Shown here one piece after another: positions 1 to 9,160 of a stretch of DNA of 64,000 nt (its first letter is position 1; each line of letters starts with the position of its first letter). The stretch spans positions 1-64,000 of the IMG/VR virus record IMGVR_UViG_3300034082_004432; one strand, written 5' to 3'. The DNA is from an uncultured virus (IMG/VR IMGVR_UViG_3300034082_004432) (taxonomy: Duplodnaviria; Heunggongvirae; Uroviricota; Caudoviricetes). The notes under the pieces were generated by a model, which was not told where the DNA came from, made no database searches, and saw only the letters and a program-made list of their open reading frames with translations. The position numbers and the translations under genes were made by a program.

Positions 1-134
1 TGCCAGTTCGCCAAGACATTACTGTTCTCCCAGCAGACGATCCAAAGAGACTTAGACTCGGATGGGTTGTTTACGAAGAGCTCGGTTTTGCTCTCATCAA
101 TGACTATGCAGTTTCAAGAATTACCGTTAGCTAA
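1..134 (+). CDS. 3' end of probable major capsid protein (HK97 fold), partial
   Basis: Not in the ORF track. Frame 3 reads PVRQDITVLPADDPKRLRLGWVVYEELGFALINDYAVSRITVS* (TAA 132-134). This resembles the C-terminal pattern I recall from large-phage capsid proteins (P-V/I-R-x-D/E-I/L-x-V...G-W/F-x-x-x-E-x-L/I-G-x-x-x-x-N), and a strong terminator follows. Confidence 0.65.
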   Translation, partial: PVRQDITVLPADDPKRLRLGWVVYEELGFALINDYAVSRITVS

Positions 135-150
135 TTCTAAACTAGTCATG

Positions 151-183
151 AAAAAGAGGAGTAGAAATACTCCTCTTTTTTTA
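151..183 (+). terminator. Rho-independent terminator (possibly bidirectional)
   Basis: Perfect stem AAAAAGAGGAGTA (151-163), GAAA tetraloop, TACTCCTCTTTTT (168-180), continuing into a T tract. Confidence 0.92.
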
Positions 184-192
184 TTTAAATAA

Positions 193-207
193 TGGTAAAA
201 TTATTAT
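193..207 (+). promoter_or_regulatory. Extended -10 promoter for a leaderless transcript
   Basis: TGgTAAAAT (193-201), then 6 nt, then ATG at 208. No Shine-Dalgarno. Confidence 0.7.
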
Positions 208-1518
208 ATGACCAAAGAAGAATTGCTTAAATTAGTAGAAGAGTATATCAAGAATGAACCAAATAAGAGTTGGAGACCAGGAAAAGATCATGTACATTAT
301 GCTGGGCCTTACTTTGATCATACTGAAATTGTTAGATCAGTATCAACTCTTCTAGATGGTTGGTTAGTTCTTGGTGCTGAAGCCTATAAAGCTGAAAAGA
401 AATTAGCTTCTTTATTTGGCAAAAACCATGCTTTATTGACAAACTCTGGTAGCAGTTCAAATCTTCTTATGATGTCAGCAATTAAGTCAAAAAGATACTT
501 AAATTTGCCTGAAGGAACCAAAGTACTAACTCCTATTGCTGGATTTCCCACTACAATCAATCCCATATTTCAGTGTGGTTTTAAGCCAGTCTTTGTAGAT
601 ATTTCATTAGATGGATTGAACTTGAACTTAGACGATGTTGAAGCCACATTGCAGGCTGACCCAGAGATCAAGATAATTACATTTGCTCATGTACTTGGTA
701 ATCCTCCTGACATGTATAGGCTATTAGATATCATCGACCATTATGGGTTGATTTTGTTAGAAGATTGCTGTGATGCTCTTGGATCGTCATTTGATGGTAA
801 TCCCTTAGGCAGCTTTGGCGCAATGGCTTCTTGCTCTTTTTATCCTGCTCATCACATTACTTGTGGTGAGGGTGGATTAGTTGTTTGTAATGATGAAAAT
901 CTTGAAAAAGTAATTCGTTCTTTTCGTGATTGGGGGCGTGGCTGTTTCTGTATTGGTAAACAAAATATTACAGAATGTGGAGCTTGTAATAAAAGATTTT
1001 CTGAATGGTTGCCAAGTATCCCAGGTGAAGTTTTTGATCACAAGTATGTGTATGAGGAAATTGGTTATAATTTAAAACCAATCGAAGTTCAAGCTAGTAT
1101 GTTGTTGGCTCAAATTGATAAACTTAATGAAATTAAGAAACTTCGCCAAAGAAATCATAAGTTGCTTTTTGATATTTTTAGCAAGTATGAAGAATACTTT
1201 GTTCTTCCAGTAGCACAAAAAAATTCAGATGTTAATTGGTTTGCATTTCCTATTACTATAAAAGATAACGCACCATTTAAGAGAAGTGATTTATGTCAAT
1301 ATTTAGAATCTAAAAAAATTCAAACTAGACCATATTTTGCTGGAAATATTCTTATGCAACCAGCTTATAGTCATTTGGTTGGTGATATGGATCTTGGTGA
1401 TTTTCCTGTAGCTAAAAAGGTAACCACTGATACTTTCTTTTTAGGTACATCTCCAGTAATTACACCGGAACAAATTTATTATATAAGTGATGTTTTGGAT
1501 AGTTTTTTTGACAAATAA
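208..1518 (+). CDS. rfbH: NDP-4-keto-6-deoxyglucose 3-dehydrase (E1; RfbH/DdhC type, DegT/DnrJ family)
   Basis: Motifs NSGSSSNLL, FAHVLGNP and EDCCDALGS. SFYPAHHITCGEGG has His at the usual Schiff-base Lys position. Fe-S motif GRGCFC...CNKRF...DHKY; GYNLKP. Confidence 0.9.
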   Translation: MTKEELLKLVEEYIKNEPNKSWRPGKDHVHYAGPYFDHTEIVRSVSTLLDGWLVLGAEAYKAEKKLASLFGKNHALLTNSGSSSNLLMMSAIKSKRYLNLPEGTKVLTPIAGFPTTINPIFQCGFKPVFVDISLDGLNLNLDDVEATLQADPEIKIITFAHVLGNPPDMYRLLDIIDHYGLILLEDCCDALGSSFDGNPLGSFGAMASCSFYPAHHITCGEGGLVVCNDENLEKVIRSFRDWGRGCFCIGKQNITECGACNKRFSEWLPSIPGEVFDHKYVYEEIGYNLKPIEVQASMLLAQIDKLNEIKKLRQRNHKLLFDIFSKYEEYFVLPVAQKNSDVNWFAFPITIKDNAPFKRSDLCQYLESKKIQTRPYFAGNILMQPAYSHLVGDMDLGDFPVAKKVTTDTFFLGTSPVITPEQIYYISDVLDSFFDK

Positions 1519-1545
1519 AAATAAAATCAATTAGAACTGAATTTA

Positions 1546-1591
1546 AAGGCCAATAAATAGAGATCTTCATTGACCTCTATTTATTGGCCTT
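1546..1591. repeat. 17-bp perfect inverted repeat at a convergent gene junction (possible bidirectional terminator)
   Basis: AAGGCCAATAAATAGAG (1546-1562) and CTCTATTTATTGGCCTT (1575-1591). Confidence 0.85.
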
Positions 1592-2370
1592 AATAGCTCA
1601 AATATTTCTTGTTCAGTATCAAGTAGTAATGTATTTTCATCATTTAGATTCCAAAACTTATATCTAAATCCACCCATTAAGCCCGCCAAGACCTTCGTTT
1701 TATGTTTGTTTTCTTCATTTAATGTACAGAAAAAAGGACCACTTCCTTTTCCTAAAATAAGTTTACATTTTCTGGAAATACTAGAAAGTTCTATTAAAGA
1801 TTTTTTGCTACAATCATGTACATTATTTGCAGAAAAATTAATTGGTCCAACAGTATAAAAATTAATTCTTGGAAACATCAAGCCCAATTTATACATATCA
1901 TACTGAAAATTAGTTTGTCCGCTAACTGGTTGACTATTTTCTACATAAACTGCATTTGCTTTTACATTTACATCAACTATAGGTAACTCAATATACCCAA
2001 ATTCTGAATTATCAAGAAATAAATTTATATTATTATTTGCGCATTGTTGATTGAATGTTTTGATTTGATCCTGCCAAATGTGCTTTAAATTATAAAGACC
2101 ACCCCAAAGATGAATTAGAGTATCTTCTGGTTTAATGAATGGTTTAATTTTCCTCAAAAAATAATCCGGTCTTGTTCTCATTACGAGGTTTCTGTAATTA
2201 CCGTCGGCTTCAATAATTTGTATAGGCAAATGTCTTACTAAATAAGATTGACTTTTGAAACATGCAAATTTGATATTTACATTAGGAAATTGTTTTATTA
2301 TTGCTTCCATTAAAGGTATAGCAGTCAGAGTGTCGCCATTTGATTGATTTATCCATAATAACAAATTCAT
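1567..2370 (-). CDS. Putative GT-B glycosyltransferase (GT9/heptosyltransferase-like)
   Basis: Start moved to ATG 2370 (TAATG coupling with the upstream gene). N-terminal beta strand followed by NGDTL; C-terminal LIELSSISRKCKLILGKGSGP resembles the GT9 DSGP region. Paralog of 14049-15029. Confidence 0.5.
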   Translation of the reverse strand: MNLLLWINQSNGDTLTAIPLMEAIIKQFPNVNIKFACFKSQSYLVRHLPIQIIEADGNYRNLVMRTRPDYFLRKIKPFIKPEDTLIHLWGGLYNLKHIWQDQIKTFNQQCANNNINLFLDNSEFGYIELPIVDVNVKANAVYVENSQPVSGQTNFQYDMYKLGLMFPRINFYTVGPINFSANNVHDCSKKSLIELSSISRKCKLILGKGSGPFFCTLNEENKHKTKVLAGLMGGFRYKFWNLNDENTLLLDTEQEIFELLRPINRGQ

Positions 2371-2660
2371 TATATTTCTATTTTCCCTTTCAAAATATCC
2401 CATAACATAATCCAATCACTGATCTTTGCCTTTAAAGGATCCTTGAAGGCTGCTGGTTGATTCTTTTCGAAAAAATAATGTCCTGACCATGCAAAAGGAT
2501 ATACTACAAAAGGAGTCAATAAAAGAAACCAGTAATATCCGAAATTAAGACATCCTGCAATCCAAAGTAATGTCATAATTTGACCCAACACATGCAATCT
2601 TCTACAAATTTTATTTTGATGCAAAGTCAAGTACATTGCATAATATTCTTTCATATTCAT
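2370..2660 (-). CDS. DUF962 / Mpo1-like small membrane protein
   Basis: YLTLHQNKICRRLHVLG and FAWSGHYFFEKNQPAAF motifs, with hydrophobic segments. Confidence 0.88.
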   Translation of the reverse strand: MNMKEYYAMYLTLHQNKICRRLHVLGQIMTLLWIAGCLNFGYYWFLLLTPFVVYPFAWSGHYFFEKNQPAAFKDPLKAKISDWIMLWDILKGKIEI

Positions 2661-3538
2661 TTGATAAATAACCTCAATAAATGCCTATTAGTATATGAAT
2701 CTTCAATTTTACTAAAGAATACATCAGAATCTTGAGCATGTACGTAGCTTTCATCTCTATAATAATTATTATTTTTAAATAGACCAAATCTAATAAACAT
2801 TAGCATTCTTTTACCTTCCTTTAAAGGTGCTCCATGATGCCAAGCAAATGTATCTGCTAAAACTGCAGTTCCTGCTTTTCCTGTTATAACAACTTTTTCA
2901 GAAAGATCATCTGAACCATTTTGTGTTCTTGGATAAAAAATATGAGGTCCATTGTTTTCATCAATATCAGTCAAGAAAACAAAAAAAGCTAAAAACTTAT
3001 AATCGTCCCCGTCTCTGTGTATTTTTTGAGTGTGAAAAACTTCACCTGTGAATTTACTCCACCACATACTTAGCATATGTACAGAGGGCAAGCAACCTAT
3101 ATATGATTGCGCCAATGAAACTAACACAGGGTCAGTCATAATTTTGATAATTAACTCGTTTTTAAGTAATACATCTGTATTATAAGCTAAAATATTCCAA
3201 TCTATATCGTCAGAAAAAATTTTAGTTTCTTTATTGTAAGCTCTATTAGGAACATGGAAATTATATCCAGCTTTATCTTTAGTGTATTCTAAAATACTAT
3301 TTACTTGCTCTTGGCTCAAAAAATTTTCAAAAATGACATATCCTTGATCTTTAAGAAGTGCTTCATGTTCTGGGTTATGTTTTGATTCAATCTTCGGAAC
3401 ATGTTCATTAATAATGTCTTTTATTTTTGTATGAAATTCATTTCTTTTGTCAATGTTTTTATAACAATCTATGTCAGAGATATCATGAAGATTTAATCTT
3501 TCACGAATAATTGTATCTATATCTATCATATAGTACAC
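2657..3538 (-). CDS. 2OG-Fe(II) dioxygenase, phytanoyl-CoA dioxygenase (PhyH) family
   Basis: LLKDQGYVIFENFL, HRD metal motif, FLTDIDENNGPH, GKAGTAVLADTFAWHHG...R. True start may be 3529. Confidence 0.8.
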   Translation of the reverse strand: MYYMIDIDTIIRERLNLHDISDIDCYKNIDKRNEFHTKIKDIINEHVPKIESKHNPEHEALLKDQGYVIFENFLSQEQVNSILEYTKDKAGYNFHVPNRAYNKETKIFSDDIDWNILAYNTDVLLKNELIIKIMTDPVLVSLAQSYIGCLPSVHMLSMWWSKFTGEVFHTQKIHRDGDDYKFLAFFVFLTDIDENNGPHIFYPRTQNGSDDLSEKVVITGKAGTAVLADTFAWHHGAPLKEGKRMLMFIRFGLFKNNNYYRDESYVHAQDSDVFFSKIEDSYTNRHLLRLFIK

Positions 3539-4296
3539 ACACCTTTCTTTTGCACAACTTTAGTAGCACATTCTTGAGCAAAAACAATTGAATTAAAAAT
3601 ATCATTAGATCTTGCAAACTCTACAGCTAATCCTGAAATAAAAGTATCTCCAGCGCCAGATAAGTCTTTAATATTAACTTTTTCAACTGGAAATATATTT
3701 CCATCAAATTCACAACCTTTATCAGACTTTGTTATTATAAGTTTTTTATTAATATTTAACTTTTCTATAGTATGTAATGTTCTTTCATATTCAGTTTCAT
3801 TTATTTTAATATATGAAACATTCTTGCACCATTCATCTAAAATTTTTTTAGTGTCTAGAAAAACATTTTTATTATTTCTTCCAATGAAAGAAATATCATC
3901 CTCTTCAAGAAAACCTTTACAATAATCACTTATAATTATTGCATCGTATGCTACATCTAAATAATGATTATTTTTTATTTTACTAATTACTTCTCTACTG
4001 ATTCTTGTTGATTTGTCGTTTGTATCAATTCTTAGAAGAAGACTATTTGTCCGATAATCAACATATCTTGTTTTGTAAATTTCTTCTTCTTGACAGATTA
4101 GTGTAGCATTTGCTCCTATTGCAACAATATTGCGATGCACATTTAAAGCCATTCCACCACTACTTTGAGAATGGCTTGGATTAAAAACGGGTACTGGGCC
4201 TTCTGGAGCCAATCTATAAACATTTCCATAAGTGAAAATATCAGTGCAAGAATCTCCAATAACTAATATATTTATATTTTTAAATTGACTTTTCAT
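3526..4296 (-). CDS. PfkB-family sugar kinase, HldA/RfaE domain I (heptose-7-phosphate kinase)-like
   Basis: LVIGDSCTD, RLAPEGPVPV, GGMALNV, ISDYCKG, KINETE, DLSGAGDTF. Confidence 0.85.
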   Translation of the reverse strand: MKSQFKNINILVIGDSCTDIFTYGNVYRLAPEGPVPVFNPSHSQSSGGMALNVHRNIVAIGANATLICQEEEIYKTRYVDYRTNSLLLRIDTNDKSTRISREVISKIKNNHYLDVAYDAIIISDYCKGFLEEDDISFIGRNNKNVFLDTKKILDEWCKNVSYIKINETEYERTLHTIEKLNINKKLIITKSDKGCEFDGNIFPVEKVNIKDLSGAGDTFISGLAVEFARSNDIFNSIVFAQECATKVVQKKGVCTI

Positions 4297-4301
4297 AGAA
4301 A

Positions 4302-5465
4302 TTAACTATTCAAAACCTCTAGTAATTTGATAATTTTTTCTTTTTCAAGACCAGGATAGTTTCCAACATACCAAGAGAAATTATGAATGTGTTCAATATT
4401 AGGATAATTTGTAAAATCGTTATAAATAGCCTTAAAAAATGGCTGTCTCATTTGATTTCCACCACCAGACAATCCTCTTCTAAATTCAATTCCATTTTCA
4501 GATAGTTTATTTTCCAGAGCATTTCGTTTTTCAAAATTAGGCTCTTTAAGTATTACTATAAAAGCGTAATTGCAATTACCCTCAGTATTAATTGCTATAT
4601 GATATTTTTCAGGATTTAAGTTTGATATGAATAAGTCAAAATTTTCTCTTCTTTCATTATTTTTTTGATCTAACTTAGTCAACTGAGAAATTCCAATTAC
4701 AGCATTAATTTCAGTGCTTCTAAAATTATGAGCCGGTCTTAGAAAAATAAAATCTGGATTAAGGTCAGGATTATCTTGAGCAATAGAAATTTTCATTGTT
4801 TCACTTGTCATTTCTCTAGTCATTCCATGCGACCTAAGAGCACGACAAACTTGATAAAATTCCCAATTATTTGTAGAGATCATACCGCCTTCAATAGTTG
4901 ACATATGGTGAGCAAAATAAAAACTAAAATTACTTGCAAATCCAAAATTTCCAACTTTGCAATCTTGAAAAGTTGTACCATGAGATTCACAAACATCTTC
5001 TATTAAAAGAATGTTGTTCTCTTCACATATCCTTAAAAGATCATTGGTAAGACCATTGATTCCTAGAACGTGAGTAAGAAATATGGCTTTTGTTTCTGGG
5101 GTGATAGCAGCTATTAATTTCTCTATATCAAAGGAAAGATTTGTAAAATTTACATCAACAAATACTAGTTTATGTCCAGCAAAAAGTACTGAAGAAATAT
5201 CTGAAATCCAGGTAAGTGGTGGAAGAATAATTTCCCCTTCACCAATTAAATGAGCTATAGCTAGCATTGTCAATTCATTTGCTGATGCTCCAGAATTGAC
5301 AAATAAATTATACTTTGTACCTAGCCATTTTCCCCAAGCAGACTCAAATTCAGCAACTTTCGGTCCATTTGTAAGCTTGGGAATTTGATCTTGAGATAAA
5401 AAATCAATAACTGAATTAATATCTTCTTTGTCAATATTATTGTTCATTAATGGTAAATAAAACAT
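4302..5465 (-). CDS. PLP-dependent NDP-4-keto-6-deoxysugar 3-dehydratase, ColD-like (DegT/DnrJ family)
   Basis: VNSGASAN and IEDVCESHG. SFYFAHHMSTIEGG has His instead of Lys. RSHG and NFRSTE present; no Fe-S Cys cluster. Confidence 0.78.
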   Translation of the reverse strand: MFYLPLMNNNIDKEDINSVIDFLSQDQIPKLTNGPKVAEFESAWGKWLGTKYNLFVNSGASANELTMLAIAHLIGEGEIILPPLTWISDISSVLFAGHKLVFVDVNFTNLSFDIEKLIAAITPETKAIFLTHVLGINGLTNDLLRICEENNILLIEDVCESHGTTFQDCKVGNFGFASNFSFYFAHHMSTIEGGMISTNNWEFYQVCRALRSHGMTREMTSETMKISIAQDNPDLNPDFIFLRPAHNFRSTEINAVIGISQLTKLDQKNNERRENFDLFISNLNPEKYHIAINTEGNCNYAFIVILKEPNFEKRNALENKLSENGIEFRRGLSGGGNQMRQPFFKAIYNDFTNYPNIEHIHNFSWYVGNYPGLEKEKIIKLLEVLNS

Positions 5466-5481
5466 TTTACACCCTAATAAA

Positions 5482-6402
5482 TTATACCCTAGTTTCGTTT
5501 TTAATATTCAATAAAAAATCAACGATACTTTTAGCAGTTGGAGGTAGAACATCAACTCTGTTATAGAAGCCTGCTGTTTTATCTTCCAGGCCCAAGCATC
5601 TAACAATTTTACTAGAAGATACTGATAATTGATTAGCAATATGTGATTGGCAACCGCTTTCGTAATCATCATCTAATACTAAGCCTCCAAATTTTGAATT
5701 ACTTAGACTCTTTATAGCTTTGTCGGATACTTTAAGTGGTTTCAACCACATCAAATTACATATGTTAATCTTGATACTATATTCTTTACATAATTGAACT
5801 AGTTTGTCCATTTCAAATCTGGTTATTGAAATTGGGAAAATTGTAAAATCTGGAGTCTCGTTTTCAAAAACATCACATAAATTAGATGTATTATCATAGC
5901 TTTTTCTATGTTCAGATATATAGTATGGCTCATCATCGTTCATAAAATGATCATAACATTCTAAATATTCTGATGGAGACATGGGACTTGCAATTTTAAT
6001 TCCGGGCATTCTATAAACCAAGGAATGATGAGATGAACCAGCAACAGGCCCAATTCCGCCTTCCATAGCAATAGATCTCACAAAAACTGGACAAGGCCTT
6101 TTCCATATTGATTTAGATTTTGCGGCATAATTAACAATTGACACGCAGTTATACCACTGAAAACCTTGATATCTAACTACATAAATAGGTCTATCTCCAG
6201 CTAAAGCTGCACCAACAACAATTGCACCACCAGCAACATCTGCCATAGAAAGTTCAACCATGCCATCATGTTCATAAAGCTCTGGTAAAGTTCCACCAAC
6301 CCAGCCTACAGCAGTTAAGCATTGACCATATGCTTTGCCTTTTTTGCTAACTAAATGGTCTTTTACTATTGATTTTATAGTGTCTCTAAGCGTGATTGCC
6401 AT
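5482..6402 (-). CDS. TPP-dependent E1 beta / transketolase C-terminal-like subunit
   Basis: VELSMAD...GAALAGDRPI, IVNYAAK, GSSHH, MPGIKIASPMSP. Paired with the adjacent E1 alpha gene. Confidence 0.82.
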   Translation of the reverse strand: MAITLRDTIKSIVKDHLVSKKGKAYGQCLTAVGWVGGTLPELYEHDGMVELSMADVAGGAIVVGAALAGDRPIYVVRYQGFQWYNCVSIVNYAAKSKSIWKRPCPVFVRSIAMEGGIGPVAGSSHHSLVYRMPGIKIASPMSPSEYLECYDHFMNDDEPYYISEHRKSYDNTSNLCDVFENETPDFTIFPISITRFEMDKLVQLCKEYSIKINICNLMWLKPLKVSDKAIKSLSNSKFGGLVLDDDYESGCQSHIANQLSVSSSKIVRCLGLEDKTAGFYNRVDVLPPTAKSIVDFLLNIKNETRV

Positions 6403-7205
6403 AATGCCTCAACTTTATTTTTGTTGTTTTCATCGATAAATGATGTATCAAACTGCAAGGTTTCTTTTATCCATTCAAGCCTATCAAAATAATCCCCATC
6501 AATTCCAGCACCAGAATGCCAAAATTTTCTGATAGTTCTCACATTCAACAATAAAGGAGTATTAAAAACATTTTTGAGATGATTGAAAATTTCTGTAGGA
6601 CTATCTTCAATGTCATAAGCTTCAACCTTATATGCTTGTGCAAGCTCATGCATATTCCAGTTTCTTCTAATCTTCTTTTCTGTAAGAATTGACAAATTAT
6701 TATCTTCAACAACAAATAGAATTGGTAGATTTTTAGTTGAAGCCCACCCTATGGCTGCACCAACATAATCTTCTTCCGCAGATGCATCTCCCATAAAAAC
6801 AATAGTTGGTTGTTTTGTTTGATAGCAATGTCCAACAGCAATAGGTACCTGAGAACCCATTAAACCATCATGACCAAATATATTTTTTTCTAAAGATTGT
6901 ATAGAAGCAGAACCTCCCATACCAAATGCACAGCCGGAATCTAACCCAAGTAATTCATCAATTAGCTTTTCAGGTGGCGCTTCAAAAGCCAAGTATGTTG
7001 AATGTCCTCTATGTTGAATAAAAATATTTGGCTTAATATTTTTATCTTCTAAATAAGTTGAAATTGAACAAGGAGTACTTTCTTGACCAGCTGATAAATA
7101 CACTGGGATTTTGATAGTTTTATCTTGCACTTTTTTATAAACATATTGTTCAAAATGCCTGCAAAAAGAAATTTTTTCAAAAACTTTCTCTAAATAGTTA
7201 TTCAT
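6375..7205 (-). CDS. TPP-dependent dehydrogenase E1 alpha-like subunit
   Basis: YLSAGQE, QHRGHSTYLA, GMGGSAS and the TPP-binding motif GDASAEE...EDNN. Confidence 0.85.
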   Translation of the reverse strand: MNNYLEKVFEKISFCRHFEQYVYKKVQDKTIKIPVYLSAGQESTPCSISTYLEDKNIKPNIFIQHRGHSTYLAFEAPPEKLIDELLGLDSGCAFGMGGSASIQSLEKNIFGHDGLMGSQVPIAVGHCYQTKQPTIVFMGDASAEEDYVGAAIGWASTKNLPILFVVEDNNLSILTEKKIRRNWNMHELAQAYKVEAYDIEDSPTEIFNHLKNVFNTPLLLNVRTIRKFWHSGAGIDGDYFDRLEWIKETLQFDTSFIDENNKNKVEALWQSRLETL

Positions 7206-7206
7206 A

Positions 7207-7887
7207 TTAATCTAAATTTTCAAATAAAATTACAAATGTGTTTTCTTTTATTTTATTAAACACTGTTTCAATTTTTTGTAATATTTCAATCTTGACTATA
7301 TCTCCGGGACAAACTATAAGTACTTCGTAATCAGTAATTATACCACCAGTTAAAAACATAACATTTTTCTGCGGCTCTAACCAAGTCAAATCAGTAATTT
7401 TTTTAACATTCAAAATACTTAGATTGCAATTAGAAAATAAAAGTTTTTGATTCTCATAAAGTGAAAGATTTTCCAACCAAAGACAATTATCTTGTTTCGG
7501 ATTTTCATAAGATGAATCTTCATAAGGCAAACCCTTTCTACCGTATGAATCTTCTAATCTAACTAAATCTAGTTTATCATTTGGGGTTTCTATTTCGAAA
7601 AGTTTTGTTCCATTTTCTGAAATAGATGTTGTTGAATGAAACATCCCTTTTCTAATCATAATTTTGTCAAGTTTGTTTAAGACATTTTCGTTATTAAAAA
7701 AATCTACTTGTGCTTTTCCATCCAAAATTATCAATCCTGTAGTTTTTTTTGGATGAGAGTGCAAAGATGTTTTATGATTTGGAGCAATATATAAAAACCA
7801 AAGAGCTACATTAGTATCTTGATATACAAGATACTCGTAGCCCCAAGGTTTCTTAATTATATTATTATTATGAGATTCTATTTGCAT
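7207..7887 (-). CDS. Cupin-domain protein (type II mannose-6-phosphate isomerase-like)
   Basis: KKPWGYE, TSLHSHPKK, GMFHS, EIETP, DLVRLEDSYGR. Start moved to ATG 7887. Confidence 0.75.
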   Translation of the reverse strand: MQIESHNNNIIKKPWGYEYLVYQDTNVALWFLYIAPNHKTSLHSHPKKTTGLIILDGKAQVDFFNNENVLNKLDKIMIRKGMFHSTTSISENGTKLFEIETPNDKLDLVRLEDSYGRKGLPYEDSSYENPKQDNCLWLENLSLYENQKLLFSNCNLSILNVKKITDLTWLEPQKNVMFLTGGIITDYEVLIVCPGDIVKIEILQKIETVFNKIKENTFVILFENLD

Positions 7888-8410
7888 GAACTTCAAATGC
7901 TGTTTTAAGCCATAAGCCCATAAAGTCATAATGTGGGCAGGAAATTATATTATCATCGACTACAACAGGACTTCTATCATATGTAGCTCCTGCATTTTCG
8001 ATATCAATATCAATTGAATAATATCCTGACATAATTCTGCCATTTAAAATCTTAGCAGAAATTAACAATTGAGCACCATTACAGATACAAAAGATGGTTT
8101 TTCTTTTTTCGTTCCATTGTCTAATGAATTCTAAAACACCTTTTTCTTGTCGAACCTTTTCAAGCGCTTTTACACCACCAGGTACAACTAAAATTTCATA
8201 TTCATTAAGGTATTTTTCGATGTTTTCTAAATTTTCGAATTCAGAAGTTTCTCGAGTACAAGGCATATGAGTTCCTAAACTGCCCCAAATTTTTCCTACC
8301 TTGTTTGCCATAATATCAACTTCAAATCCATGTTCTTTTAGAGAATAATATGGATAAATCAATTCATGGTCTTGATACTTTTCCCAAGTAATAACAAGTG
8401 CTTTTTTCAT
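7868..8410 (-). CDS. DJ-1/PfpI family protein
   Basis: YQDHELIYPY, VVPGG, nucleophile elbow ICNG, VVVDDNIIS. Confidence 0.88.
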   Translation of the reverse strand: MKKALVITWEKYQDHELIYPYYSLKEHGFEVDIMANKVGKIWGSLGTHMPCTRETSEFENLENIEKYLNEYEILVVPGGVKALEKVRQEKGVLEFIRQWNEKRKTIFCICNGAQLLISAKILNGRIMSGYYSIDIDIENAGATYDRSPVVVDDNIISCPHYDFMGLWLKTAFEVHANRIS

Positions 8411-8413
8411 CTT

Positions 8414-9160
8414 TTAATCTTCATCCTTATAGTGAGGTGAATCGTATCTTTCTAAGAGTAATCTTTTTGCAGTCCAGCCTGGCCAAAATGGGTCACCATT
8501 CTTGATGTAATCGAGATAAATTTTTCTTCTCCATTTTGTTTCGTGAACATTTTTATTTGCCTTATGAACAATGTGTGCATGTATACATAAAACATCACCT
8601 CTGTTATAAGTCAAGTTTACAATTGGGTAACCTTCTGGTACTTCGCAGTTATTTCCAATAGGTGCAAATTGGTAAAGTCTTCCTTCTTCATCGTACTTAA
8701 AATTTGGTTTAGGATCATTAGGAAGGTCACCTAATTTATGAGAACCAGGTACTACTGTAAGCGAACCATTTGATTCATCTGCGTCGTCTAGAACTACGGC
8801 TAAATTTAAATATGAATTGAATGGAGCCTTAACTGAATAATTGTCCTGATGCCAAACAGACCCATGCTCAAGAGGATTGTTTGGTTTGCAGAAAAAGAAG
8901 CCACTTCCGCAAGGAATCATTTTATGATCCATTAACGAATCCCCAATATCACACATTGTTTTACCAGCAATTAGTTTTCTAAACTTGCCTGTACGATGAA
9001 AATGAAGATAGTTTGTGTAAAATCCATTAGACTTTTCTTCTGCCTCATCTAATAGTTCAAGACAATATTTATTTGAAAACACATTTTTCAAATGAAGAAA
9101 ACCATTTTCATGAAATTCGTCTATTTGTTCTTTAGTCAAAGAGTATCCATTTTGTTCCAT
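8414..9160 (-). CDS. 2OG-Fe(II) dioxygenase, PhyH family
   Basis: LTKEQIDEFHENGFL, WHQD, LDDADESNGSLTVVPGSHK, GDVLCIHAHIVH...R. Confidence 0.87.
   Translation of the reverse strand: MEQNGYSLTKEQIDEFHENGFLHLKNVFSNKYCLELLDEAEEKSNGFYTNYLHFHRTGKFRKLIAGKTMCDIGDSLMDHKMIPCGSGFFFCKPNNPLEHGSVWHQDNYSVKAPFNSYLNLAVVLDDADESNGSLTVVPGSHKLGDLPNDPKPNFKYDEEGRLYQFAPIGNNCEVPEGYPIVNLTYNRGDVLCIHAHIVHKANKNVHETKWRRKIYLDYIKNGDPFWPGWTAKRLLLERYDSPHYKDED

Noticed and set aside
5482..7205. Pyruvate dehydrogenase complex
   Set aside because: No E2 or E3 gene, the subunits are short and divergent, and they sit next to a ColD-like gene.
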